DNA of 63,202 nt, filler included, from Phoronis australis (lineage: Eukaryota > Animalia > Phoronida): assembly GCA_002633005.1 (NCBI GenBank). It is 9 parts of 9 records of this genome, joined end to end, with 100 filler letters (N's around TTAATTAATTAA, not from the genome) between each part and the next. Parts side by side here need not be neighbours in the genome. Positions count along the whole stretch, not along the records: positions 24,821 to 34,562 come from NMRA01000827.1; positions 34,663 to 37,226 come from NMRA01003603.1; positions 37,327 to 40,711 come from NMRA01003050.1; 6 more parts are not named here. One strand, 5' to 3'. The notes under the pieces were generated by a model. It was not told the origin of the DNA. It was given only the letters and a program-made list of their open reading frames with translations, and searched no databases. How positions within the stretch are numbered: position 1 is the first letter of the stretch; each line of letters begins with the position of its first letter. This document shows positions 25,558 through 39,365 of this stretch, one piece after another. The position numbers were made by a program, and so were the translations under genes.

Positions 25558-27282
25558 TTGAAGCCGTGCCAACTGAATCTGAGATCGCGTGAAAAGGGTG
25601 TTTCTATGAGAGGAAGTAAGCACGACCTTATACAAAGGTAAAGTTTGTGATTATTTTAACGATTATTCCATGTTTATTCTACTGATGCCTGTAAACTGAG
25701 ATACTCGCCGATGTCGACTTCGCGGCAGTCGCCAGTCGGGTTAATCTTTGTTGTAATGTGTGTTACGATACTTGACGTAGCACTCGGGATCTTTTCGTAT
25801 ATCAAAGCAGTATTATTGTTTGGAATGATTTGTAACACGTTTTTCAATGACAGTTACATCAATGAATGCTAAATGTTTATGCTGTTAACTCGATAGGCCT
25901 AATGGTTTGTGAGTTACGATTACAATCCAAGCCCAATGCCATGGCAAAGGGTACCTGACAAATTTACTATTTGTTTACTCGCTATCCTATGTCTTCCAGA
26001 AATCTATTACAAGTTGAAATGGAAATTTGTCATGTCTGTTGTCACATGACCTTTGGTTTATGCTGTAGGTTTGAGGGCTTGTACCGCGCAGAGGAGATAT
26101 GCATCGCTTGTGTACCGTTCCTGAATGGACAAACATTGGTTTTAAGCAGCTGACTGCAGCTAACCAGCAACATCTTCCCCTCCAGTGCAGATCTGTTGTC
26201 AAAGCCTACTTTCTATATCGGAGGCAACGAGCAAATTCTTTGAAAAGGAACAGCTATTTTTAAAGAAAGGTATGTAAGTGGTTTTGTTAATTTAGTTATT
26301 GAGGTCCTTAGCGGGGGATTGGCATAGGGGGTTGGTGTTGTAAAATTTGGTGTAACTGAATGTGTGAAAATATCAGGAAACAGCGTCTTGGGGAAATAGC
26401 ATGGTGAGGTCATTCTTAACCTTCATGAAGTTCCTTCAAGTTTATTTCATAAAACTGTTTTGCTATCAATTGTGAACCCATAAAAGTTTATTACATTTTC
26501 TGAATTCTCAGTGACTGCCATTGTCTTAACTCATGCTTTGAAATGTTCTAAGTCGTTTATAAATTCAAAAGAATGCCATTTTTGTGAAAATTTGCATTTT
26601 TGATGGTGCCTTACGGTTTGTAATTACTCTTAAACAACAGAAAGATTATCCATCATTTTTAGATAACCGAAGTCTTCATATCTTCTATTAGAAGATCAAT
26701 ACAAAGTCTGAGAAAAAGTTCCCTCAGCCTTAGACTAGAAGTGTGCTTGACTGACCCATGAATCTGTAATCGGAGTTTATTATTGCTGAAAGTATTGAAA
26801 ATAAAAAGGCTTGAAAATGGGTAACAAAGGCTAGGAGTTGCGCATTTTACAGACAAGTGATGCGTTTAAAGAATTGTTATGGCTACGAATGAAAAATAAT
26901 GACACAGTTTTGTATAGTACTTATTATATACACCCTTGCTTTCTGAAAATAATAATTATTTAATTTTGTGTGAATTTGTAGTCAGCCTCGTTGGTGAGGA
27001 TGCCCTTTTATAGGCAATAAGTCATGTGCGGACAATAGCTTTTTTCCTTTCTTGGAAGAAACATGAGGGGTTGAAGCTAAAGAAGGCCCAGTGGCACTCT
27101 GGTCTATTTCAGGGTCAGATTTTGGGCACAAAACAAGTCAAGTGATATGCTGTTGTGTTTACCTTCAGGGATTTATTGTAGATTTTATAGAGGTTGAATG
27201 AGGTTACATGAAGGAAAGCCACGTGCCGAAACTGGACCTTTTTTACAAGCGCTTCTATAGGCCATTGAAACTAGATCCCTGA
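25558..27282 (+). pseudogene. Spliced remnant of a SAP + YqaJ exonuclease ORF of the ISL2EU element
   Basis: SAP-like REKGVSMRGSKHDLIQR|GT (ends 25637); exon 26069-26269 (EWTNIGFKQL...LP...VKAYFLYR); YqaJ-like KLKK..W....QGQ...VVFT...PKLDLFY at about 27070-27282, with stops and frameshifts. Confidence 0.6.
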
Positions 27283-28744
27283 GAAATGAAAACCAAAAGC
27301 ATCTGGTATAAAACCTGTCCTTTCTCACTGAGTGACATTAACTTTTCCTTTCAGAAGAAAGGCTTTATACTAATTGTAAAAACTTTTCAATTTGGTACAC
27401 ATCATTGGGAAAGGACATTCAGTGACTGCATCGAATGTCTTTTTGTCAGTAGAAAGCCCGTTAATGTTACACTTTGATGATCGAATAAATTTTTCATCAA
27501 CAGGCGTTTTGTCACTAATTATTGAAACCACAATATTTCCTCAGCTTTAAAGCCCATACAGTGCAATTGTGCTTATTCTTTGTAAAGCTGAAATGATTAC
27601 CGATTATGCTTGCGAATTATCATTTTCCTGTTGACCTCTAGAAATGTGCAGCGATCAAAATGAAGTATTCCCTTTGTTTGCATTAGATTTGTTTGTAAGT
27701 GTAATTATTTTTAGGGCTTTCTTAAGAAGGCCTTTGAATTATTTTAAGTTTTGTGTTAACTTGTCCACAACAAAAGTTCCACATGCAAGAAAAGTATGTT
27801 TTCAATTGTAGCTAGCTGGATAAGAATCTGCTATGCACAAGATCCGAGAATAAACAATTATCAGTGTATTTAAAAAACAAAATGGCAAACTGAACAACCA
27901 CATACATACAAAGAAACAACATTGTTAAATACAATTGTGATTTTCCCATGCAACGGAGTCCATAATCAGGCATATCAAGGCTTGAATTTCTGAATTAAGT
28001 TCAATTCTCTTAGGTTATTGCTGAATGATTGCTTTTTACTTTGTACAAAGGTAAAATAGACGGTCAGCCGGCTGGTTTCAGTTGTTTTCTCTCACATGTA
28101 ACAGAATAGTCAGAGAAATACTAGCAAATTATAAAAGAAAACACAAGACAAAACTACTTTAGTAAGACAGAACATACTTGACGTTTCATCTTCATGTTTA
28201 TATGTAGAAACTAATAATCGTTGTACCCAAGTCTTATTTAAGCTCTGAATTAAAATATGTGAAACAGGCTAAAAGTGATTTAACAATGTGCATTTTTCAC
28301 GACACCTAAAATGTGCTTCTGACTTAACGTAAAATTCATTCTAGGGGTCAATTTTTATTCCAATGCAATGTTACGACGTTTACTGAATAGCTTATTCATG
28401 TTAATTCGGTAACTAATCTGGTAGTCCTGGGGATGGGATCCGCTATAAAATACGGAAACTCACTCATCTAGAGAATTTTATTGGACATAGCATAGGTCTG
28501 AAAAGAAACTGCTGTGAGTCAGCCATGACTTCTTCACGTACCATACATACACCTCTTATATTGGGCGCTTTCCCACCCCAGGACAATGTGCTGCTAGCCT
28601 ACCCGGCATCCGAGTTCTGGGTGAGTTTTCGAAAACAAACACTTAGTTCCATTCAATAAAACTGTTTTTCAGTGAGGTAACTGATGGGGATAACATCACC
28701 GAACGATGTCAATAGAATTTTGATTGCTAAAAACTTACCAAGTA

Positions 28745-28895
28745 ACGTTATGTAGTCTCCCAATGGGGCTTCGGCATCCACACACTTTTTCTCAGTTGTT
28801 TGACCCTTTTGACCGCAATTCTCCACGAATGTAGTAACCTTCTGGGAATTTGTGACCACCTGTCGAAGACATGCACCACGGGAAATAGTAATAAT
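28745..28895 (-). pseudogene. Degenerate THAP-domain start of the ISL2EU transposase
   Basis: FPWCMSSTGGHKFP / WRIAVKR...VWMPKPH / DYITLLG|GTAAG across frames; the C..HF segment is missing. Confidence 0.55.
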
Positions 28896-30235
28896 AAGGC
28901 TCAGCACGACGACGTATTTTAATAATAACCCGTCTTTTTACCAGCTGTTTACATGCAGACAGTGACGCATGAGCAAATGAATCACCACTAGTATAGCAGC
29001 GACACCGCGAGGAGAATTCTCCGAATAGCCCCATTCATTGATCGGTTATGCGGGTCACTTCATGGCATCATTGGGTCAAAATCTGGGAGTATAAGATGGC
29101 GGACAATTTGATTGGTCGTTGCTAGCAACTGTCCATTGTTGACATTGCGCGCGCTGCTGGCTATGGTTGTCTTGAGCTCTATTTATGTTTATGTGATTTT
29201 CTTTATCAATAAAAAGTATCAAAAAGTATTTCTGGATCGATTTGGATCGTCGTTGTTAGCCTCGCTGCACCACCACGGTTGTGCTTTTGTAGTGTTTCCA
29301 TAATATCATGTAACAATTTTGGTATTTCCAGTTGCCATAGAGACCGTATTTATTTTGAAAGATCGGCCAATCAGTTGGGAGATTTGTAGGTAATTACTTT
29401 GTAGTTTAAGACTGGTTGGTGTAAGAAGTATCTCAGGCTGTGTGTGTCTCAGTGTCAGTCCATCAATATCTTAGTGAGTGCAGTTTTGGTCACTCACTTC
29501 ACATAGGAGTGGTAAGTGTCATCGTTTTGTATTATAGAATATTATTCAATTTCTGTACGTGTCACACCAAGAAAGGAATAAATCGATGCATTCCAGGCAA
29601 GTTCGTAATTATAGATACACGCAAGATCACAAGGCACCGAACAACTGAACGTAGTCATAGCCAAGGTCTCTCCTGATACCAAAGGAGCCACTTGAGTTCT
29701 GCAATCTCCGTCTGATTCATGGCGCTCTGCCTCGATCTACATGTATTACGCAAACACTTGTTGTATTGAGAATAACATTAACTGCTGGCTCCACCCTTAA
29801 AGGGTTTCCAATATGCATTTCTTAGTTTGTTTCAGTTAGCTAATATGAAATGAATACCACAAACTCTCACTACGAAAAGCACTTTTAATGCCAAATAGTC
29901 GCGAATTTTTTAATTTTGAAGAAAAGTTAGTTATTTCCAAGTTTCCCGACAAATGGCTGTAATGGCTGGAAGACGTTTGTCACTTGACAATCAATTGCAA
30001 TGACGGAACACAGCGGATCAGACGAGGGCGCTTTTGAGCAAGATCTGGACAACAATTATGCAAATGGACACTTAATAATCACTGACTAATACCACAGTAA
30101 ACCAGCGTCACTCGTATTCACTATTGTCATGATGGAATAAGCACGGTCTAAACCCAATGCAAAAGCCTATACGTTTCAAAGCACTCGATCTGGGACAAGG
30201 ATGAGGACCTGAAATCACTCACTCTAGAATGGAAG

Positions 30236-31277
30236 TAGTTAGTTCATTTATTAAACTCGCAAATACGCTTACAAGATGGCGAGTTCTTCATCGCAACGCC
30301 GCTTTTGTGTTTGGTCGAAACACGATTCCTTGAAATATGCCAAACAAAGAGTGGCTCCCGACCGAATAGCATATTTCACACTACAGGGAAATAATGACAA
30401 ATCCAGAAATCGCGAAACATTATATCTGGGTTGTAGACAATTCATAGATGAAAGTAATATACATAGAGGTATATACATGTAAGTAATATCTAATATAAGT
30501 ATTCCAATATTTAGATATGCTATTACGAACATATAAAGACAAAAATATGTACAGATATATGAATGGAAATCAGAAGCAACAATATTTATAAGCGACACAT
30601 AAAAATTTGCTGACGTTGCTTAAGAGGAATTCATTGAGAACAAGGACAAAGTTATAACTACCAGTCAATGATAATGAAACTTTAGTAGGGATATTATTAC
30701 AAGAATTGAGAGCTTTTATAATTGATTGGTTTTCGTTGAGTGCACGAAAGAGTGAGTCTCTCAGGAATTCGATGAGGGGACATTTGAAGAAAATATGAGG
30801 ATAAGCTTGATGGTCACCAAATTTACAGTTTGGAGAGACATTAATAAAGTTGTACCTAAACTTGTCGGAGTTGAGGAAACGACCGCATCTTGATCTGTAC
30901 AATGCTATTTCGTTTTCGCGGGGAAGGGAGAATAGAGTCAGGGCTGTTGAGTTATCTAAGTTATGAAAAACAGTTCTAAAATTATTTTTATACTCATAAA
31001 AGAGAATTCCAGTTGTTGATGCACATCATGACTGTAGACCTTCTGAATGCCTGACTGAACGACGGAGGAATTACATATGGGGTGGAGGATCTCAAACCAC
31101 TACGATGGCCATGTCCAGTGTACAGGTCAAATATTTCAATTGCATATGGGGTGGAGGATCTCAAACCACTACGATGGCCATGTGTAGTGTACAGGTCAAA
31201 TATTTCAATTGCACATGGGGTGGAGGATCTCAAACCACTACGATGGCCATGTCTAGTGTACAGGTCAAATTTTTCAA
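30236..31277 (-). mobile_element. 5'-truncated CR1/L2-like LINE (ORF2 C-terminus plus 3' UTR)
   Basis: SQAFRRSTVMMCINNWNSL...LPRENEIALYRSRCG..LNSDKFRYNF..SPNC....YPHIFFKC; AATAAA followed by an (AACT)n tail; homologous to 50570-51067. Confidence 0.8.
31074..31277. repeat. 69-bp tandem repeat, about 3 copies
   Basis: Units start at 31074, 31143 and 31212. Confidence 0.92.
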
Positions 31278-33463
31278 AATTTTTTCACAATGACATTCCA
31301 CACTATCGTAATGCGCATGGGCCGATTCCATTTCTGTACAACTTTCACGTCTTTAGGAAATTTGAACAAGGAGACGTTCTCAGTCAAGTTGCTGGTGAAA
31401 ACAACAATGGCGGAGACGGTCTTCCACCCATTACGTGGAACTCCGATAACAGAAAAAATTGTAAAATTTTTACCTTGTTCCTTAGCAACATGTATACTTA
31501 AGCCTTAAATCTCTTAAGGTGTATTAATAAGATTCTTTTTGAGACACGGGGCCATGTTGGGTATCCTTTGAGCTGAACTTGGCGTTTTATCCCATTTAAG
31601 CCTGTTGTCCTAAAAGAACACACTTTGAAACGCCATAAAATTTAGTATAAAAATAGCGTGACTCTGTGATCATAACTTAGTTGAAACACCAGTTGTCGAT
31701 TAATACAATTATCTACCCGGCTTGATTAGGTTAACTGACAACGCCGCCAGCTTTTGTGACGCCACGCCATTCATGTGGGAACAATAGCCTAGATATCAGT
31801 GGATAGACATATCTACTGTCAACTCTGTTTTTCTTTCTTATAATAAAGATAAATGTAAGCATTTATCGGTAACCGGCTGATGGGCGCCTAAGATACGATA
31901 TCCGTGCGACCTGTATTGTTATATCGAACAAAGACGCAACAAAAGAAAACAATGGCAGCGTCCCATAGGCGATAACCATGCGACGTGCTTACTTCCGTCA
32001 CATGCGAAATCCATACGTCATCATTTGGCATTGGGTAACTTATTCACGGGAATGCCGGCAAGTATTGTTTATGATGATTCCAAACCCAAATAACAGTCAT
32101 TGTAATTGAAATCATGGTCGTGTGGAATACCGCTTCGCATACCAGACAGCTGCATAAGAGCAGTTCGTGTGATAGTGAATAATAAAACGAGTAGTCATAC
32201 AGAACAAGGCAAAAGTAATCAGACAATATAAATCTTTGTCCCACTTGATGGCTAGTGCTGTTAATGCAAAAATGACTGGTAATAACTATTACCACAGCTA
32301 ATTACAGAATGTCTTAGCCACCATACTAACTTTCCTGTTCAACTTTATTTTTAGTCACGAAGGAAGACCACTTTGACCACGAATTCTACTTTGCCCAGCT
32401 GTCATGGCAAGGAATTCCGGGTCATTTTGTCAGGATATGTTTGGCTTGTACTGTATATTTATATATGCAAATAACCTGGAAATGATAGTTAAAGGGACAC
32501 TCTTGGCGTGAGAAATAATTTCACAGAAAATATCATGGAATCAAACTCACTAGCAACATTACTTCATAGCAATAGACACACCATAAGGTGCACAACAAGA
32601 ATACAGAAACACTGATGATTACGATGGATACTGCTCAAGATATTCAAACAGCAGTTCTATGATTGTGTCCTGCGGTTCTCGTTTGTTAAGAACACCTCAC
32701 TGGATAGCTTTTTGACCAGTTTCCATGCCTTTGTTGAACGCATCAGTCAAATAGTCTAGACGCATTTCCTGAAAAGAGCCCTGTATAAGGTTCTAGAAGC
32801 ATTTTTTAGTAAAAGTTGGGAACAAGACTTTTTCACACAATCAAGGTATGGCGAATTCAACTAACCCTGTTCCCAAGCCGAATTTTGCATTTTTGACCAT
32901 CTAATTTGCATAAACAAAATGGCGGCCAAATTGTCAAGTTCAGGTGCATTCTTGTAGTAGAAATCACAGCATACCATTTAAAACGATGAAATGCTTCACC
33001 TGTACACATCTTACAAATAGTTTTTGAGCAATACATGACATATGCAATATAAAAAGTTATAACTCCAAAAACTAATTATGCAAATTAGCTGCCGCCATTA
33101 CCACACAAAACAATTTTCGTCGTAGCTTTGTGTTCCTGGAGTCTGATTTGAAAAATGAGGTGTTTGTACTTATGTTTTCATGGTCAACAAATATGATGAA
33201 GACACTTATGAAGCAATTCATTTCATATCTATTGGGTTATGGAATACTTACAAAATGACGAAAATATAGTCGTTGGTCTGCATTGCTCGTTTAACACAGT
33301 CTCTCTCTATGTTGGCAGAAGATAAGGACAAAAGTTCACATTATTCCGTAATCTTCAATTCATAAAAATCAAAAATAGTTATTGACATTTATGATATCAA
33401 TGGTTATCATCAGATTCTTTTAGTAAGAATTATTTTTGGTAATATTTACACGCGTGAAGCAAA

Positions 33464-34560
33464 TCAAACTGTATTCATACAAGGAGTCTGACCGTGAATG
33501 TGCTGCTGACATGTGCATAATGATGTGCATCGTAATCCAGATTTCCTGCATTTGCATCGTCTACTATTGCATTCATTCTGGCATGCACACGATACAATTT
33601 CTAGGCAACTGTCTGGAATAGGGCTCTGTGTCATCAGTATGGGCTGAAGTCCTGTTTCCGTGTGTGTCCATCCCATATCAGAGGGTGCTGGGAGCTCAGG
33701 TATGGGACAAGGAGCATTTCGCCATACCTTGACTTGACAGTGCAATCTCATCAGATGGAAACGGAGGGCATCATGCGTTGGGGGAAGAGCTTCTGGTTTC
33801 ACGGTCTTGGAGAATAGTAAATGGCGTGCCTCATCTACTGAGTCTGTTCTGGTCACGTTGTATATTCTGCAGACAAATGCTTCTGAACACCTCATAGTTT
33901 CCTCCGTGAGTTCACCAATGCCCAAGTTCTTAAGCAATCTTTGATGGTCTAGGAACACCTTCCATGATGATCGTTTCGTGTGATTGGCAAAGTACGAGGT
34001 GGTGTCACACCCGGTCAGTGCATGAAAAGCTAACAAGGATGTTGCCGAGTCTCTCGATAGTTTGTTGAAAACTGTTTCGATAGGTATATATCGTCGTTTC
34101 TTTGATGTGCCCGACATCATCCAGAGATGTTCACATTGCATTTGGTGAAAGTACGATACCAGAAGTAGTAGAACATCAGTGTCTCTGGAAGATACGACTA
34201 CTGTATTAAATTGGCTGTGGACAGCATGCAGTACCATTCTTGTATCTGCTTCTTCATGTGTGGATTTCAGGGGTCTCAAATCAGTCGAATCTTTAGATGA
34301 CTTGACTTCCAGCTCATCTCTAAACCCTCCGGCTACTATAACCTCTCTATCTTCTGGAGCCTGCAAACAGAGTTCCTCTGACAAGAAATGTGCTAGGTCT
34401 GCCTTATTCTCGGCCAATGCCAGAAAATTTGACCAGTTTTGAGGAAGAGGTACATCACGGCCTTCCACAAGCCGCCTGATTGGTCGCATTCCTTTACTGC
34501 GATGTTTTCTGGTTGTGCCTTTTATTGTTTCTTCTCTGTATCTATCGAATACAATATCAA
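33464..34560 (-). CDS. Academ (AcademX) transposase C-terminal part: XPG/PIN-like nuclease plus Cys-rich CXC finger
   Basis: IDIVFDRY, HEEADTRMVLH, SRDTDV, FHALTGCDTTS, LPPT..AL..H..R, C-C...C...C-C...C..C-C; open to the contig end. Confidence 0.85.
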
Positions 34561-36524
34561 TTNNNNNNNNNNNNNNNNNNNNNNNNNNNNNNNNNNNNNN
34601 NNNNNNTTAATTAATTAANNNNNNNNNNNNNNNNNNNNNNNNNNNNNNNNNNNNNNNNNNNNCCACTTTCTTCTCTAACAGATTTCACAATACGCGCAAC
34701 GTGAATGGTTGTTTTCCTGTTTTTATAATAGATTGATACTGCAAAAAGATTGTCATGAGCATCAAAGTTATCACATTACATAGTTATTTATCAGCATGTA
34801 CAGTGGTTTCCAAAGGCATTATGGAATCTTGTCTTGTTAAACCTGACAAAATTTATGATTAAATAAGCATTCACATTTCAAAAGGTAAACCTCAATGCTG
34901 ATTGAGGGTATCAATATGATTCAGACACGTGCTCTAATATGCGGTCATGTACATAGTTTCTGTTCCCTGATTCCAAAACAAGAGAAATTTGCAATACACC
35001 GGAACATGCAGTGGTGAGGAGCTATTGAAATCCCAACTGATAAGAGAAATTCTGATTTATCAGTTGGGAAATGGTTTGCATTACCTCATATGTCTTCTAA
35101 ATTTCTTCACATGTTAGCCATAAAATAGTGCAAAGGAGATGGTTATGTGAAAGCACTGAATCCAGGTCTTTTTTCGACTGTTTCACAAAAAAGGGAAGAA
35201 ATGTCTGACATTTTTTTTTCATTATACTTAGTGCATTACTGGTAAGCATACTTTCGTTTGCTTGTCATTTCTTTATCCAGCAACCCACATTTTGTGACCG
35301 CTGGTGCTTAACCATCTGTAATCTCAATGAATTCTTGAGCGGGACTGGCAGACGCAGAAATTTTGTTTGGACATGTGCAGTTGACCATGTAACACACTAT
35401 GTAGTAGGCACATCCCAAATTCAACTTTTTCCTCTCTTACGATTTGTATGATTGGCCAAGTTTTTAAGTCTTCTTTAAAAAAGTGTCTGAAAGGTGAGGA
35501 GCGTAAACACATAAGCGACCGGGTCTAACCTTTGTATTCGAAATCCAACTTTAAATTATTTTTGACATTTTACATTCAATTTTAATACAAAATCAAGATT
35601 AGTGTATTTAATTCTGTCCTCGAGTATGTTATGGTTCATTTGGATGACCGCCTATGGTATCAGGGTAAAAGCCACATGTGTAGGCCTACGTTCGAGTACG
35701 AACTACTGACTGTATACAGTACATTGCTTATTTTGTGCATTTACTTGAGCTTGTACCTCAAATCAAGGAGACGTCAAGTGCCAACTTGGACTAGAAAGTC
35801 ATCTCTGTAAACCATAGGTTAACGGCCAGTTGAGTTTGTATTAAAGCAGGACAGAAAATGTCAATTTAATTTCGAGTTCGATTTCGAGTACTAATTTTCA
35901 TCCCCTCACCCTGAGCTGGGCAAGTAAGGAACGGTATATTGAACCCCTGGAATCGATCGACTCTATCGGATTTTATCGTTTTCTGAGGTCGAAAAACGCA
36001 TTTTGGTATTATTGTTGGATGGGAGAGACTTTTAGAAGTCACTCGTATTTAGTTTTGACCAGAGCTCTAAAACAATAACAAATTCGTTGTCTTTTTGTGA
36101 TTCTGTTACGCTCGCCGTTGTTTGTCAGTCATTCGCTGGCAACAAGGTGTGTGGCGTTACCAGTTAAACACATAACTTACTCAGACAATTATTATGTGAA
36201 TTTAGCTCAGTTAGCAGAATGCTTGTCTGCAACTGAGAAGGTTTCTGGTGTGGCTGTTCTCAAGAAAGTCACAAACGCACCGAATCGGCCACGTCACACG
36301 GAACTAATTCCTGATGCTTTATATTTCAACACAAAATGATAACACTTAAATTCACGAGTGATTAAAGAAGTGGGATTTTAAGAAGTGAAAAACTCAGCTC
36401 AGCGTCGACTCACGTACATGTACATGTACCATCCTAACGCGCAGCATTGTGGGTAAGTGCGGTACAAACAGATTGGTTTAGTGATTATTTTGTTAATCCA
36501 CGGTCCTCCGTCGAAATGCCTACC

Positions 36525-36639
36525 TTAGGCCAGTGACCTTCTTCGACGCCTCACCAACACGACGACGCAGGCGATGAGTCCAATCACAACAACAGCAGCG
36601 ATGACGATTCCAATAATGGCGCCAGCCATCCGACCAGAG
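36525..36639 (-). CDS. Putative transmembrane-segment exon of a single-pass membrane protein
   Basis: tttAG then SGRMAGAIIGIVIAAVVVIGLIACVVVLVRRRRRSLA*: hydrophobic helix followed by a basic stop-transfer signal. Confidence 0.55.
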
Positions 36640-38729
36640 CTAAATATGTGAACAAACCAATTTTGAAACAACACTGCCAACTGATGAATTTCGACACTTA
36701 CAGTAACAAGGATCAATACAAATTTCAACAAAACTTTTAAATATTGTTAAAAAGCGGGCGGATTCAGTGGGGCGAAGGTGCCTTGTCTCTCCCAAAATTC
36801 TCACAACTAGCAAAGTACGTATAGTTACAACTGAGATATTCAGCATGTGGGCGGTGAAGGCGTTTCCCACAAATGTATTGACGAATCAGGGCGTGTTTGT
36901 ATTCTCTGCAGTTAGGGTCGGATCTACTATATTACAAAAGAGGGACTCAATTCATCACCAACTGTTTACATTATAATAGGCACATTTCTTTTAGGATATT
37001 TCTTAAAAGTTCTTAAAACACTTTTTGTTGAATGTAAAATAACACATTGAAATTATTGTAGTTGGAATTACAAGCGACAGGAGCTGTTTGAAATCGTTAA
37101 AGGCAAATGTTAACAGCTTTTTAACAGTTTTACTTACTACTGTGCCTGCATTTATAGTCGATTACTTCAAGGAACTAAAATTATCTCAATGAAAGCGTCA
37201 ATCGGACCCAGCAAGATATGATCCTTNNNNNNNNNNNNNNNNNNNNNNNNNNNNNNNNNNNNNNNNNNNNTTAATTAATTAANNNNNNNNNNNNNNNNNN
37301 NNNNNNNNNNNNNNNNNNNNNNNNNNATAAATGACAAAATTGCAATTTTCCATTTCTAAAGACTTATTAAATACCGCAATTTTTTTACCAGTTTTGTCTC
37401 GTGATAACTGTTCATCATACACCATGTGCTGGTGTTTTTCTGAGGACAAATTTGAAAAGACAAAATCCATGTCATGCTAAGTGTTGAAGACTGTTTTCGT
37501 TCTTTGATCAAAAGCAACACAACAAATTTAAACTGATAAGAGCACTAATTCAAATTGGTTACTACTAGTAACCCTTCAAATAAAATCATATCGGGCCTAA
37601 AAATCAATCAGTCACCAGAAGACAAGATGGCTTACCAAGAGCTGTCGAACAATATGTAGTGGAAATAGCGACATTTTGAGAGTCCCGCAAGACTGGTTTC
37701 GACAAGAAATGTTTTAAAGCGAGGAAGTCGGTAGTGAATGTGTCATTTAACAGGTGTTGTGAAACTGTTATTAATATGCAATGAAAATCATTAAAATAAT
37801 TTACTACGTGGACGTTCCGCAATAGTAAGTCAAAGGAAATTTAGTTTTGAAAAACAATCACCTAATGCATTTGAGCACCTAAAAAGATTGCAGTTGTGCA
37901 AATCACGACAACAAATCAATTTTCTTACTCAAATACACTTTTTTAAGACTACAGTATCATGTTGCATTTTGAAGTTTGTTATCAAATTTGCTTTCCCTAC
38001 AAATCAAGTTGTCGTAGGCTGTGCAGGCGAGTGTTGAAGTCACTTCCACAGTTTCCTGAAAAATGCCAACTCAAGCAAGCCCCTCGAAAATCTTGTTAAA
38101 CTTACGAGTAAGGGAAGCCACAAAAATAAGGCACAGTTATCAAAATCTTAAACAGTAATATCAGAAATCCTTTGCCAGAAAATACCTGCATGTGGTAACT
38201 AAGTGAAGACAATTCTGACCAGGTATAAAACAATAATACCAATACAGCTTCATGCACACACGCAGCATCAAGCCTTACATACTCGTGCAGCAAAATGCAA
38301 GATCGATTACATCTACCCATCTTGCAGAAAGGAAGGAAAGCACAGGCACAAAATATTGGCAAAATCTGGGTGCTTCACAACAGTAACTTACACAGAATGG
38401 CAGTTTTTGCAGTGGTGCATTACTCCAACTGTATACATTCCGAGAACGACTGAGCTGCCGACGATATCGCCAAAAAAGTCATTTAATAGAAAACGGCAAG
38501 TCCAGATCCATGCAAAGTAGCAGACTGGACATGCAGACTGGACACAAAAGGGCAATTGATGACATACGCCCACACAGTTCTGCCCAAGTAGTTTGTGTAA
38601 AAAAATTGTAATGACATTAGTTTATGCAACCTCGGACCAAAAACAACATTCGTCACGAGCCAGCATGCAGGCACATTTAACCAGTTACCAACTATCATTT
38701 GTGTCACCAGGAGTAGTTTTTCAACTACC

Positions 38730-38895
38730 CTGTACTGGTTATTTCAAGGACATAATAGGTAGTTTTTACAACCAGTCGATTGGAGCAAAGCAGTTGAAGT
38801 GCCTTGCTCAAGGACACAGTCACACGACTACACTACTGCTAGTACCAACCTAGAATTGCACCCACAACTATAAAGATTTAGCACTACAACCACCT
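38730..38895 (-). mobile_element. Degenerate tRNA-derived SINE (CORE/V-type central motif)
   Basis: Minus-strand GTGTCCTTGAGCAAGGCACTT (38797-38817); boundaries approximate. Confidence 0.5.
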
Positions 38896-39365
38896 TAGAT
38901 TGTGTTTGGCGACCTGGGAAAAATTCCAAGTCATCACGAGGTCACCACAGCGAGTATCAAAGTATTTCCCTCTAAATTCATTTCAAGGTTCGAGTAGACT
39001 TCCAAACTTGAAATTAGTAATATTGTTCCTAGATTTGTTACCTTTGATTCACGGTTGTTCCATTTAGTGTGTGAATTGAACGTATTTGCCATCATGTTGT
39101 TTAAATTGCAACAGTAAGTAAACAGTTAGAAGTGTGAATTATTCTGGGAAAAATAAGGCAAGATCGGTGAAATTTGTGTCACTTAAGACCAATTGGTCGG
39201 TGGGAAGAATAACTGGGTTAGAGACCAGATGTATGTACGTTCTAGGCAACCTGGGATTTTTCCCAGGTCGCCAAATGCGACTTGATGCTAAGCTAAGCGT
39301 CGCGCACTGCATTGTCTGAATAGACACAAATTTCTCAATTCCAAGACCAAAGGGTTGTAACCATA

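Larger units (their letters stand above)
25453..29032. mobile_element. Degenerate ISL2EU-type (PHIS group) DNA transposon
   Basis: TIR GGGGCTATTCGGA(A/G)AATT, AT flanking both ends; convergent remnants of a SAP/YqaJ ORF (+) and a THAP ORF (-). Confidence 0.75.

Noticed and set aside
31074-31277. CRISPR-like repeat-spacer array
   Set aside because: The whole 69-bp unit repeats, with no unique spacers; it is LINE-derived
36200-36250. tRNA gene (TAGCTCAGTTAGCAGA A-box)
   Set aside because: No intact T-arm or acceptor stem; at most a decayed SINE head
37636-37720. DMXL exon 2 candidate (SQNVAISTTYCSTALG|GTAAG)
   Set aside because: Lacks the conserved AYxSGCDIVIL start, and the similarity is too weak
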